From contig JBDRCT010000029.1 in NCBI GenBank assembly GCA_043821445.1, forward strand, positions 7,317 to 71,316: a stretch of 64,000 nucleotides of DNA, written 5' to 3'. The stretch comes from Candidatus Omnitrophota bacterium. Its GTDB lineage: Bacteria > Omnitrophota > Omnitrophia > Omnitrophales > Aquincolibacteriaceae. A model generated the notes under the pieces. The model was not told the origin of the DNA, did no database searches, and saw nothing but the letters and a program-made list of their open reading frames with translations. Within the stretch, counting starts at the first letter, position 1. Each line of letters starts with the position of its first letter. Position numbers and translations under genes: made by a program. Positions 40,804 through 49,650 of the stretch are shown piece after piece.

Positions 40804-40887
40804 GCGGGGATGGCGGAACTGGCAGACGCACTGGACTCAAAATCCAGCGGTAGCAATACCATGAGAGTTCGACTCTCTCTCTCCGCA
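40804..40887 (+). tRNA. tRNA-Leu(CAA)
   Basis: Acceptor GCGGGGA/TCTCCGC, anticodon stem CTGGA/TCCAG with loop CTCAAAA, long variable arm, GTTCGAC; CCA not encoded. Confidence 0.95.
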
Positions 40888-40916
40888 TGATTTTACTTCT
40901 AGGAGATAGCCCGTTC

Positions 40917-43574
40917 ATGGCCAGCGGCTTTAAAGCATATCCTTTCGACGAGATCGAAAAAAAATGGCAGACCTACTGGGCTGACCACAAGACCTTCCGC
41001 GCTCCTGATCCCGGCGAAACCGGCAGCGACAAACTTAAGTATTACGTCCTCGATATGTTTCCTTATCCTTCCGGTTCGGGTCTCCATGTCGGTCATCTCG
41101 AAGGTTATACTGCGACCGATATTGTCAGCCGTTATAAACGCATGCGTGGGTTCAATGTTTTGCATCCCATGGGCTGGGACGCATTCGGACTTCCAGGCGA
41201 GCAATACGCCATCGAAACCGGTACACATCCTCGCGAAACCACCCAAAAGAATATCCAAACCTTCAAGCGCCAGATCCAGCAGGTCGGTTTCAGCTACGAC
41301 TGGGATCGTGAGGTCGATACGACGGATCCCCATTATTTCCGCTGGACCCAGTGGATCTTCATGAAGCTCTTTGAAAAAGGCCTCGCCTACGAATCTGAGA
41401 TCCCGGTGTGGTGGTGCGATGGCTGCAAGACCGTTCTCGCGAACGAGGAAGTGGATGCCAACGGTACCTGTGAACGTAAAGGTCACAAGGATGTCTACCG
41501 CCGCCCGCTTCGCCAGTGGATCCTCAAAATTACCGCCTATGCCGAACGTCTTTTGAAAGATCTGGATCTTTTGGATTGGTCCGAATCCATCAAGGAAATG
41601 CAGCGTAATTGGATCGGGAAATCCGTTGGCGCAGAAGTCGATTTCAGATTGGAAAAAAGTTCCGACGTCATTCGTGTTTTCACCACACGGCCGGACACCC
41701 TGTTCGGAGCGACGTATATGATTTTAGCGCCGGAACACCCCCTGGTGGCAAAGATTACGACTCCGGCCCAAACGAAGGCCGTGCAAGCTTATGTGGCCAC
41801 CGCGACGCACAAATCCGATCTTGATCGCACCGATCTTGCCAAAGAAAAGACCGGCGTTTTTACGGGCGCTTATGCGATCAATCCCGTGAATGATAAGAAG
41901 ATCCCGGTCTGGATTGCGGATTATGTGCTTATGGGGTATGGAACCGGTGCGATCATGGCTGTTCCTGCGCATGACACTCGTGATTTTGAATTTGCGAAAC
42001 AATTCGGATTGGATATAAAAACAGTTATCATTCCAGATGAAGCGTGGGCAATAGAACACGGAAAGAGCATTTCATTAACTGAAAATCTGGAAAATCTTAA
42101 GGACAAATATCGCGATGCGATTCTATCAAGAAGTGTAGTTGCCCCCGAAATAGCTCGGTTAATAGAGAATGGCTCATGGGATATGCAGCAAGCAGGTCCG
42201 GCATTGCGAGGGGCTTATATTCGTTGGCCAGAAAAATTTGATACTGCTTTTACTGGTGTTGGGTTTTGCATAAATTCTAAGACGCCGAATCAAACATTTT
42301 CGATCGATGGAATGTCTAGCGATGCGGCGATTGAAAAAATCACCGCATGGTTAGAAGAGAAAAAAATAGGGAAAAAAACAGTCCAATATAAATTGCGCGA
42401 CTGGCTCTTTAGCCGCCAGCGCTACTGGGGTGAGCCGATCCCGGTTGTTCATTGTGCAAAATGCGGTCCGGTCCTTATTCCTGAAACTGAACTGCCGCTC
42501 AGACTTCCGGAAATGAAGGATTATACGCCGACAGAGAATGCGGAACCGCCGCTTGCCAAGGCCAAGGATTGGCTCCATTGCAAGTGTCCGAAATGTGGCG
42601 GCGCAGCCACGCGCGAAACGAATACCATGCCCCAATGGGCGGGCTCGTGCTGGTATTATCTTCGTTATCTCGATCCCAAAAACACGAAGGCCCCGGTCGA
42701 TCCCCCAAAAGAGAAATACTGGATGAATGTGGATCTTTACGTCGGAGGCGCGGAACATGCGGTGCTTCATCTGCTTTATTCAAGGTTCTGGCATAAGATA
42801 CTTTATGACCTTGGGATCGTCTCCACGCCCGAGCCATTCCAGAGGCTTACGAACCAGGGTATGATCCTCGGCGAAGATAGCCAGAAAATGTCCAAATCGC
42901 GGGGCAACGTGGTCAATCCCGATGAGATGATCGCGCAATACGGCGCCGACAGTCTCCGGCTTTACGAAATGTTCATGGGACCTTTGGAAATGACAAAGCC
43001 GTGGGCGAATTCCGGCGTGGAAGGTGTCTACAGATTTCTCGGGAAAGTGTGGAGGCTTTTTATCGATAAGGACGACAGACTGCACGCCAGTATCGCCCAA
43101 CGTGTCCCCAGTGCCGTCGAATTGAAGACACTCCACAAGACGATCAAAAAAGTGACGGAAGATCTGGAAGGGTTACGTTTTAACACGGCGATCTCGGCTT
43201 TGATGATCTTCATGAACGAAATTGCACAGGAACGAGATCACACGAGGGAAGTGCTGGAGAAATTCTTGCTCCTTTTGGCACCTTTTGCGCCTCATGTGGC
43301 AGAAGAACTATGGCAACGTTTGGGTCACAACCAGACGCTTGCTTATGAAAAATGGCCCGAGTATGATGAAAGGTATCTTGTCGAGGAAGAAACAGAACGG
43401 GCGATCCTGATTGGCGGTAAAGTTCGAGATAAAATAGTCGTTCCTCGTAACCAAGACGAGGAAACTATTAAAAAACAAGTATTAGAATTACCGAAAATCC
43501 GAGCGCTTACGAATAACGGTAAAAATGTTAAAAGGATTATCATTAAAGCCAACACTATAAACTTAGTTGAGTAA
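40917..43574 (+). CDS. leuS: Leucyl-tRNA synthetase
   Basis: [46 protein letters not shown]; AGGAG RBS before ATG 40917. Confidence 0.97.
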   Translation: MASGFKAYPFDEIEKKWQTYWADHKTFRAPDPGETGSDKLKYYVLDMFPYPSGSGLHVGHLEGYTATDIVSRYKRMRGFNVLHPMGWDAFGLPGEQYAIETGTHPRETTQKNIQTFKRQIQQVGFSYDWDREVDTTDPHYFRWTQWIFMKLFEKGLAYESEIPVWWCDGCKTVLANEEVDANGTCERKGHKDVYRRPLRQWILKITAYAERLLKDLDLLDWSESIKEMQRNWIGKSVGAEVDFRLEKSSDVIRVFTTRPDTLFGATYMILAPEHPLVAKITTPAQTKAVQAYVATATHKSDLDRTDLAKEKTGVFTGAYAINPVNDKKIPVWIADYVLMGYGTGAIMAVPAHDTRDFEFAKQFGLDIKTVIIPDEAWAIEHGKSISLTENLENLKDKYRDAILSRSVVAPEIARLIENGSWDMQQAGPALRGAYIRWPEKFDTAFTGVGFCINSKTPNQTFSIDGMSSDAAIEKITAWLEEKKIGKKTVQYKLRDWLFSRQRYWGEPIPVVHCAKCGPVLIPETELPLRLPEMKDYTPTENAEPPLAKAKDWLHCKCPKCGGAATRETNTMPQWAGSCWYYLRYLDPKNTKAPVDPPKEKYWMNVDLYVGGAEHAVLHLLYSRFWHKILYDLGIVSTPEPFQRLTNQGMILGEDSQKMSKSRGNVVNPDEMIAQYGADSLRLYEMFMGPLEMTKPWANSGVEGVYRFLGKVWRLFIDKDDRLHASIAQRVPSAVELKTLHKTIKKVTEDLEGLRFNTAISALMIFMNEIAQERDHTREVLEKFLLLLAPFAPHVAEELWQRLGHNQTLAYEKWPEYDERYLVEEETERAILIGGKVRDKIVVPRNQDEETIKKQVLELPKIRALTNNGKNVKRIIIKANTINLVE

Positions 43575-43575
43575 G

Positions 43576-45621
43576 ATGCCTAAAGTCGAGATCAAAGACC
43601 AGAAGATCTTTGTCGGGAAGAAAGAAGTGCCGCTCATTTCCGGCGAAGTCCATTACTGGCGCCTCAATCCCCACTATTGGCGTGAAGCACTCCACCGCGT
43701 TAGGGAAATGGGACTTGAGATCATTTCGACGTATGTTCCCTGGGATTTTCACGAGTATAAGCGGGGCCATTTTGATTTTACCGGCAAGACCGATGCTGCC
43801 CGCAATCTCAAAGCATTCCTCGAATTGACCCGCAAAGAGAATTTCTGGCTTATTCTCAGGCCGGGACCCTATATTTATAGTGAATGGCCGCGGGATGGCG
43901 TTCCTGATTATGCCTACAAATATCATCGCCTGCATCCCAAGTTCCTGTCCTATGCCAAAGAATATTTGAATCAAGTAAGCAAGATCTTTATGCCCTATCT
44001 GGCGTCCCGAAAGAACGGCCATATCCTGATGCTTCAGGCGGATAATGAGATCGATCCATGGCCGGACATATTCGGACATCAGTACGGACTTTCGGAGAAG
44101 CCGGGACTTTTCCAGGATTTCATGCGCGATCTTTACAAGGGGGATCTTCCGGCGCTGAACGAATGCTGGGGCACGAATTATGCTTCCTTCCTGGAAGCGT
44201 CGCCTTTTATCGCGACCATGCTTGCCCACGAAACGGGGCTTCCGCTTAAGGGGGATAAAGAGCTTAAGCGGCATCTTGATTATTTTAAATTCAAGTATGG
44301 GTATTCCAAGGAGGTCGCGAAGAGAAGCATCCGGATGTACCGCGATCTCGGGGTCGATATTCCGATCTACTTGAACACCTATCCGTTTTTTTATGCGCAC
44401 GATTGGGCTGATTTCCAAGAAGTCGCGGACGGGGTCGGACTGGATCTCTATCCTTCCAATGAACTCAAAGAAGATGAGTTCGAGCATCGCAAGCTTTGCG
44501 ACAAGATCCGTTATCTTGTGAGTGTTTCCAAGCTCCCGTTTATCGCGGAATTCCAGTCGGGCATCTGGCACGGCCGTCATTATGAAACCAGTGTGCTCAC
44601 GCCCAACCATTACCGGATGATCTGTTTTTCTGCGCTTCTTGCCGGGATCAAAGGGTGGAATTGGTACATGCTTGTCAATCGTGATAATTGGTACATGTCG
44701 CCGATCAACGAATGGGGCCGGGTGCGTGGTGAACTTTATGATGTTTTCAAAAAGATTGTTTCCGTTTTTAAGCAGTTAAAACCGACCTCGCTTCAGAAAC
44801 TGACCGAGATCGGCGTCACTTTCAACCCACTCCAGTATGCGGCCCGGACGCTTACGCACAACAGTCCCATTCTTACCGCGCTTTACCAAGGAGATGTGGA
44901 CTATGACGTGTGCGATCCTCGTTGCAAACTTCCCAAGAAGAAAGTAGTCTTTTACTCTGGCAATCAGTGGCTTGAGAAAATCGCACATCAGAACCTGCGA
45001 CGTTATGTGGAGGAAGGCGGAACTTTGGTGGCGTTCCGGTCATTCCCGCGCAAGGACAACGATTTTAAACCGTATCAAGTGGTCGGGTTTGAGGAGCCAG
45101 AGCGCACTCTTTTTGAGTTCAAGAGGCAATTCACATTAATGCTCGACAGGGGTGTCGCACCGATCGCTGTCAATAGTTCGGTTTATGTTTTTAAGGCGAA
45201 GGGATGTAAAAAGATCCAGGTGGATCTCGGGACCTACGGAAAACAGACGGTCGGATACATTAAAAAAATCGGCAAAGGAAAGATCATACACTTAGGTGTG
45301 GAACCGATGCCGAATTTAGTGCTTGGGGTTTTGAACTCTCTCAAAACACCGCTGGTCAGTAATTCAATGACTCGGGATGTCAAAACAGCGCTTTTTAGCC
45401 GAAGCAGACGTTATTTTCTTGTGGTAGTCAATAACGGCAATGAAGATAAAAGCGCCGCGGTCTATCTTCCGGCGCTTGCCAAAATCATGGGGAAAATGAC
45501 CGTCCGCGATTTGATGAGCGGAGAAGTGGCGGTTTATTCGAAAGAGGGTCGTCATCCACTCAACATTCACGTTGCACGCAAAGACGGCCGGGTTTTAGAG
45601 ATGACGTTCTCCCGCGGTTAG
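43576..45621 (+). CDS. Beta-galactosidase-like glycoside hydrolase (GH35/GH42 clan A)
   Basis: SGEVHYWR, TYVPW..HE..G.FDF.G, LRPGPYI..EW, Q.DNE, AEFQSG, NWYM. Confidence 0.85.
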   Translation: MPKVEIKDQKIFVGKKEVPLISGEVHYWRLNPHYWREALHRVREMGLEIISTYVPWDFHEYKRGHFDFTGKTDAARNLKAFLELTRKENFWLILRPGPYIYSEWPRDGVPDYAYKYHRLHPKFLSYAKEYLNQVSKIFMPYLASRKNGHILMLQADNEIDPWPDIFGHQYGLSEKPGLFQDFMRDLYKGDLPALNECWGTNYASFLEASPFIATMLAHETGLPLKGDKELKRHLDYFKFKYGYSKEVAKRSIRMYRDLGVDIPIYLNTYPFFYAHDWADFQEVADGVGLDLYPSNELKEDEFEHRKLCDKIRYLVSVSKLPFIAEFQSGIWHGRHYETSVLTPNHYRMICFSALLAGIKGWNWYMLVNRDNWYMSPINEWGRVRGELYDVFKKIVSVFKQLKPTSLQKLTEIGVTFNPLQYAARTLTHNSPILTALYQGDVDYDVCDPRCKLPKKKVVFYSGNQWLEKIAHQNLRRYVEEGGTLVAFRSFPRKDNDFKPYQVVGFEEPERTLFEFKRQFTLMLDRGVAPIAVNSSVYVFKAKGCKKIQVDLGTYGKQTVGYIKKIGKGKIIHLGVEPMPNLVLGVLNSLKTPLVSNSMTRDVKTALFSRSRRYFLVVVNNGNEDKSAAVYLPALAKIMGKMTVRDLMSGEVAVYSKEGRHPLNIHVARKDGRVLEMTFSRG

Positions 45622-45700
45622 GGACGGTTTTCCTTCGACGGTGTTCTTTTTTGCCGTTATTTGAACGGATGTACCAAGTGATTTCTGGAAAGGAAAGAAT

Positions 45701-46510
45701 ATGTATGAAGCCTTTTTTGGATTGAGAGAACCCCCCTTTAATATGACGCCGGACCCGCGTTTTGTTTATCTGAGCCACCATCATCAAGCTGCGCTGGCCG
45801 CAATGTCCTATGGTGTGAACCGTCGCTCTGGGTTCATCCAGATTACCGGTGAGATCGGGGCTGGGAAGACGACGCTTTCGCGTATGTTTCTTCAGCAGCT
45901 AAACGAGAATGTGCATAGCTCGCTGATCTTCAATCCCAAACTTTCCGAGCTGGAGCTTTTGCAGGGGATCGTCGAGGATTTCGGGCTGAAACCCAAGTTG
46001 AAGCGGCGCAAAGATTACTTTGATTGCTTGAACCGTTTTCTTCTTGAAGAGAGCGCCAAAGGATTTAACTCGGTTTTGATCATCGATGAGGCGCAGCTCC
46101 TCCCAGCGCGGGCTTTGGAGCAGATCCGTCTTCTTTCGAATCTTGAGACCACGACGCAAAAGCTTTTGCAGATCATTCTTATGGGGCAGCCGGAGCTGAA
46201 AGACCTTCTCAAGCGTCCGGACCTTAAGCAACTCCGGCAACGCATTACGGTGCGTTATCATTTGCCGGAACTGAGCCTGGAAGAAGTAGGGCAGTATATC
46301 GCGCATCGTTTGAATGTGGCGGGGGCAAGCGAGAATTTTTTTACTGCCGAAGCTATGCAGCGTATCTACGAAATTTCCACGGGGATTCCAAGGATTATTA
46401 ATGTGTTGGCAGACCGGGCTTTGCTCGCTGCCTATACCCGAAGTGCTTTCGTGATCGATCCGCTGTTGGTGGAATGTGCCGAAGCCGATCTCCAGGGAGC
46501 AAGCGTATGA
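45701..46510 (+). CDS. ExeA/GspA family AAA ATPase
   Basis: MYEAFFGL.E.PF..TPDPRF, GEIGAGKT, IIDEAQ, LMGQPEL, GIPRIIN. Confidence 0.92.
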   Translation: MYEAFFGLREPPFNMTPDPRFVYLSHHHQAALAAMSYGVNRRSGFIQITGEIGAGKTTLSRMFLQQLNENVHSSLIFNPKLSELELLQGIVEDFGLKPKLKRRKDYFDCLNRFLLEESAKGFNSVLIIDEAQLLPARALEQIRLLSNLETTTQKLLQIILMGQPELKDLLKRPDLKQLRQRITVRYHLPELSLEEVGQYIAHRLNVAGASENFFTAEAMQRIYEISTGIPRIINVLADRALLAAYTRSAFVIDPLLVECAEADLQGASV

Positions 46511-46986
46511 GTCTGATCCAACAAGCTTTGGAAAAAACAAAGCGCATGCAAGAGACGAGAACTACGAATCCCCCTTCGACTTCGAGGACATATGAACGTG
46601 ATCCGATGGGGGCTGCTCTTGAACAGGAGCTCATCCAGGTCCAGCAATCCTATGCCAAGAGGCGAAAGTTATATTGGTTGGTTTTTTTGGCGCTACTCTT
46701 GGTGTGTCTTGTCACCGGACTTTTCTACCTCGGGAGCCGTAACAAAAATGTTACGCCCAAGAAAGCTGAGTCTGGGGGGGTGCCGCAGGTTCCGGTAAAG
46801 ATCGTCTCCGGGTATCTCTACCGGCTTACCGGCATCACGAATGTTAGCGGCAAGGCCATAGCGGTGATCAACAATCGGCTTGTTGGTGTTGGGGATGTGC
46901 TTAACAACAGAGCTGTTGTTATGGCGATCGGGGAGGGCGAAGTCCGCCTGGGCGTCGAGGATAAAGAGATCATTCTGACGATGTAG
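46507..46986 (+). CDS. GspB/ExeB-like bitopic membrane protein
   Basis: MSLIQQALEK N-terminus, single TM, LTGI...AVINNRLV..GD C-terminus; ATGA overlap with ExeA. Confidence 0.7.
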   Translation: MSLIQQALEKTKRMQETRTTNPPSTSRTYERDPMGAALEQELIQVQQSYAKRRKLYWLVFLALLLVCLVTGLFYLGSRNKNVTPKKAESGGVPQVPVKIVSGYLYRLTGITNVSGKAIAVINNRLVGVGDVLNNRAVVMAIGEGEVRLGVEDKEIILTM

Positions 46987-47001
46987 GAGATCCGGTTACG
47001 A

Positions 47002-47097
47002 ATGCCGTCCTTTTCTAAATATCAAAATACCATCCTTCTCGTCCTTCTTTTAGTCCTCGCCCTGGTTATCGCTTTTCGGTATTGGCAGCTGGCCTGA
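47002..47097 (+). CDS. 31-aa single-TM small protein (not in the ORF track)
   Basis: MPSFSKYQNTILLVLLLVLALVIAFRYWQLA; AGGAG 12 nt upstream. Confidence 0.4.
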   Translation: MPSFSKYQNTILLVLLLVLALVIAFRYWQLA

Positions 47098-47104
47098 AGC
47101 AAAA

Positions 47105-47181
47105 GGGCGCGTAGCTCATCGTAGGTCCTCCTCGGATACTGTTTTCTTTCGCGTTCATTCGATTTCCAACAGCGGCCACCA
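47105..47181 (+). pseudogene. Decayed tRNA-like relic
   Basis: 77 nt: GGGCGCGTAGCTCA 5' end, TTCGATT at position 54, GCGGCCACCA 3' end; the middle does not fold. Confidence 0.45.
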
Positions 47182-47248
47182 TGAAAGCGAAAATTTTTCT
47201 AAAATAAAAGTTCATAAAAATCAATTTTATATTGTATAATAAACAAAT

Positions 47249-49555
47249 ATGAAGCTGCCATTTTTATGGATCGCAATGGGGTTTTCGCTAGGGATCGTGA
47301 CAGAAAAGTATTGGAATCTTCCCTTCTTATGGGTTGAATGCGGACTTTTCGCAGGGATCGTTCTGCTGTGGTTCTTCCGTGGGAAAAAGTGCTTTGGGGT
47401 GCTTTTTGTGCTTCTTGTGGGATTCTCAGGAGTTCTTTGGGCGCGTCTTGACGCTTATGTTCCGGTGAATGCGGTCCAACACTTTGCAGGTACTGAGCGC
47501 GTGTCGCTCAGGGGGGTTGTTGATTCCTTGCCGGAGATAAAGACGCACGGGAAAAGGAAAACAGTCTCCTTTGTTCTTTCCGCAAATTCGATCACAAAAA
47601 AAGAAAACGGGCGCCGGAAGTTCCTCAAAATAACCGGGAAGGTCCAGGTTTTTTTGCTTCAGTCGCCGGTGATTCCGCAGGTGGGGGACGAGCTTCGACT
47701 TTATGGGGATTTAAACTTGCCCCGTGAAGCTCTCAATCCTGGGGAATTCGATTATGGGAAATTTTTAGAGCAAAAAGGTATCCACGCAATTTTCACGACG
47801 ATCGGAAAAAAAAGCGCGCGGATGACAAAGGAAGGGAATTCTTGGGCCCCAGCCAGGATGATTGCTGTCTCGCGCCGGCACCTTGCAGAGCTTGTGGATA
47901 AAATCTACCAACCTCAGGAAGCCGCGATCGTCAAAGCGCTCGTGCTTGGCCTCCGCAGCGATGTTTCGCCCGAAGTCCGTAGCCAATTCATGAAGACCGG
48001 GACAATCCATTTGCTTGCGATCAGCGGGATGAATATCACTATGATCGCCGGAACATTCTATTTGATATTTCTATTTTTCGGAATGGGGTTTCGGAGAGGC
48101 TCGTGGGTCACTATTCTGATCGTGATTGTTTATGTCGGTCTTGCAGGGTCCGGGATCCCTATCCAACGTGCGGGATATGGCGCGGTGCTGGTACTCCTCG
48201 CGGTGCTAGCCGGGAGGCCGGCTCACCTCTTAAATTCTCTCTGTTTTGCTTTTTTTGTGATACTTGTCTGGAATCCTCAAAGTTTCTGGAACATCGGATT
48301 CCAACTTTCTTTTCTTTGTGTTTTTTCGCTTATTTTGATTCTGCCGCTTTTGGCTCGAGTCAATGCGTGGATCCTTTCCTTGGGCTCAAGTCTGGCGGTG
48401 CTTTTCGGAACGTTCCCTGTCGTGATTTATTATTTTAATATTTTTTCACCGGTCAGTGTTCTAGCGAACATTGTGGCTATTCCACTCTGTGATGCAGCGC
48501 TGTTCATGTCGCTTTTCGCACTCTTGCTCTCAGGGGTGCCATTTCTGAGCATTGTTTTTTTGAAATTTTCTTCCTGGATTATTGTGTGTTCGCTTGTTTG
48601 GGTGAAATGTCTTTCTGCGTGGCGATGGGGGTACTGGTTTCTCGAGCGACCATCCCTCGGTCGACTTGCGGCGTATTACGCGTGCATGGGGATGATCTTG
48701 TTTTTCCATAAAAGGGCTTTTCGCGGAAAACGTTTTCTTATGACCTGCTTAATCGGTTGTTGGATAGGTTTTTCGGTCCTATTTTTCATAGGACCAGGAG
48801 GAAAAGAGTTTACGCTTACAATGCTTGCAAGTGGCAGGAACCAGATCGTATGCGCGCGATTTTCAAACAAAGCATGCTGGCTTCTGAACGCTGGAAGGAG
48901 TTTTCCATCCGATCAGGGTGAATGGCTGATCGCTCCCTTTCTGCGGAACCAGGGGATTCGACGTCTGGAAGGGATACTGTTCTCCGATCTTTCCAAAAAG
49001 CACACGGGAGGTCTCCTATCGGTCTTGAGAGATTTTCCAGTCCGTTATCTTCTTTATCCTGCCGTATCCCTCTATCGGCCCGGCGAATTTCACAAAAACC
49101 TTCTTAAATTGAGCCGCAAAGCTAAGAATTTTCAGCAAGGAGACGAGGTGTTGATGGGGACGGAGAAAATAAGGATGATCGCGCAGTCACAAAAGGGTGC
49201 CGCTTATCTGATCCAATCCGGTCCGTGGCGTATTCTGTTCATCTCGCAGTGGGAGTCCGGGCTTTTCAGGGAATTACTTCGGGGGCATGAGGACGCGGAT
49301 GAGATCCACGCAGTTTTTTTGCCGGCATTGGGGCATGGAATTCCAATCGAAGTTCGAGATTGGCTAGAGCGAGTTCGGCCATTGCTTGTTGTTTTCCCGG
49401 ACTTCCAGGAGGAACTTGCTTCGTATTTTTCCGTCCGCTGCGTTCCTTTTCTTGCTCTGAAACATACCGGTGCGTTGCATTTCAAGAGAAGTGGTTCCCA
49501 GCTTGTGCTGGCGTCGTTCTTGAGGGGACCTTTGGGTGTTTATTCGTACCTGTGA
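47249..49555 (+). CDS. comEC: ComEC/Rec2 DNA uptake channel
   Basis: NPGEFDY, TGT.HLLAISGMN, GFQLSF, LANIVAIP, degenerate C-terminal MBL domain. Confidence 0.92.
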   Translation: MKLPFLWIAMGFSLGIVTEKYWNLPFLWVECGLFAGIVLLWFFRGKKCFGVLFVLLVGFSGVLWARLDAYVPVNAVQHFAGTERVSLRGVVDSLPEIKTHGKRKTVSFVLSANSITKKENGRRKFLKITGKVQVFLLQSPVIPQVGDELRLYGDLNLPREALNPGEFDYGKFLEQKGIHAIFTTIGKKSARMTKEGNSWAPARMIAVSRRHLAELVDKIYQPQEAAIVKALVLGLRSDVSPEVRSQFMKTGTIHLLAISGMNITMIAGTFYLIFLFFGMGFRRGSWVTILIVIVYVGLAGSGIPIQRAGYGAVLVLLAVLAGRPAHLLNSLCFAFFVILVWNPQSFWNIGFQLSFLCVFSLILILPLLARVNAWILSLGSSLAVLFGTFPVVIYYFNIFSPVSVLANIVAIPLCDAALFMSLFALLLSGVPFLSIVFLKFSSWIIVCSLVWVKCLSAWRWGYWFLERPSLGRLAAYYACMGMILFFHKRAFRGKRFLMTCLIGCWIGFSVLFFIGPGGKEFTLTMLASGRNQIVCARFSNKACWLLNAGRSFPSDQGEWLIAPFLRNQGIRRLEGILFSDLSKKHTGGLLSVLRDFPVRYLLYPAVSLYRPGEFHKNLLKLSRKAKNFQQGDEVLMGTEKIRMIAQSQKGAAYLIQSGPWRILFISQWESGLFRELLRGHEDADEIHAVFLPALGHGIPIEVRDWLERVRPLLVVFPDFQEELASYFSVRCVPFLALKHTGALHFKRSGSQLVLASFLRGPLGVYSYL

Positions 49556-49577
49556 GCTGTTTTTTGGGTCATTTCTA

Positions 49578-49607
49578 TTGACAATTTTTCTTGCCCCATG
49601 ATATAGT
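49578..49607 (+). promoter_or_regulatory. sigma70-type promoter of the bamD-like operon
   Basis: TTGACA-18 nt-TATAGT with extended -10 TG. Confidence 0.65.
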
Positions 49608-49650
49608 AACTCCTCGCAAATTTTCCTAACTTGAAGTTTTTAAACGACTT

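Larger units (their letters stand above)
30820..40842. mobile_element. tRNA-Leu-integrated genomic island (repeat offset 9,980 bp), degenerate
   Basis: Flanking 43-bp tRNA direct repeats, internal 26-bp repeats near both ends, integrase relic next to the right end. Confidence 0.88.

Noticed and set aside
42030-42245. Intein in leuS
   Set aside because: No Cys/Ser start with His-Asn end, and too short; reported as a plain insertion instead.
43555-44610. Long antisense ORFs (also 51451..52338, 55979..56815, 36409..37191)
   Set aside because: They lie opposite well-supported genes and have no motifs; typical antisense shadows.
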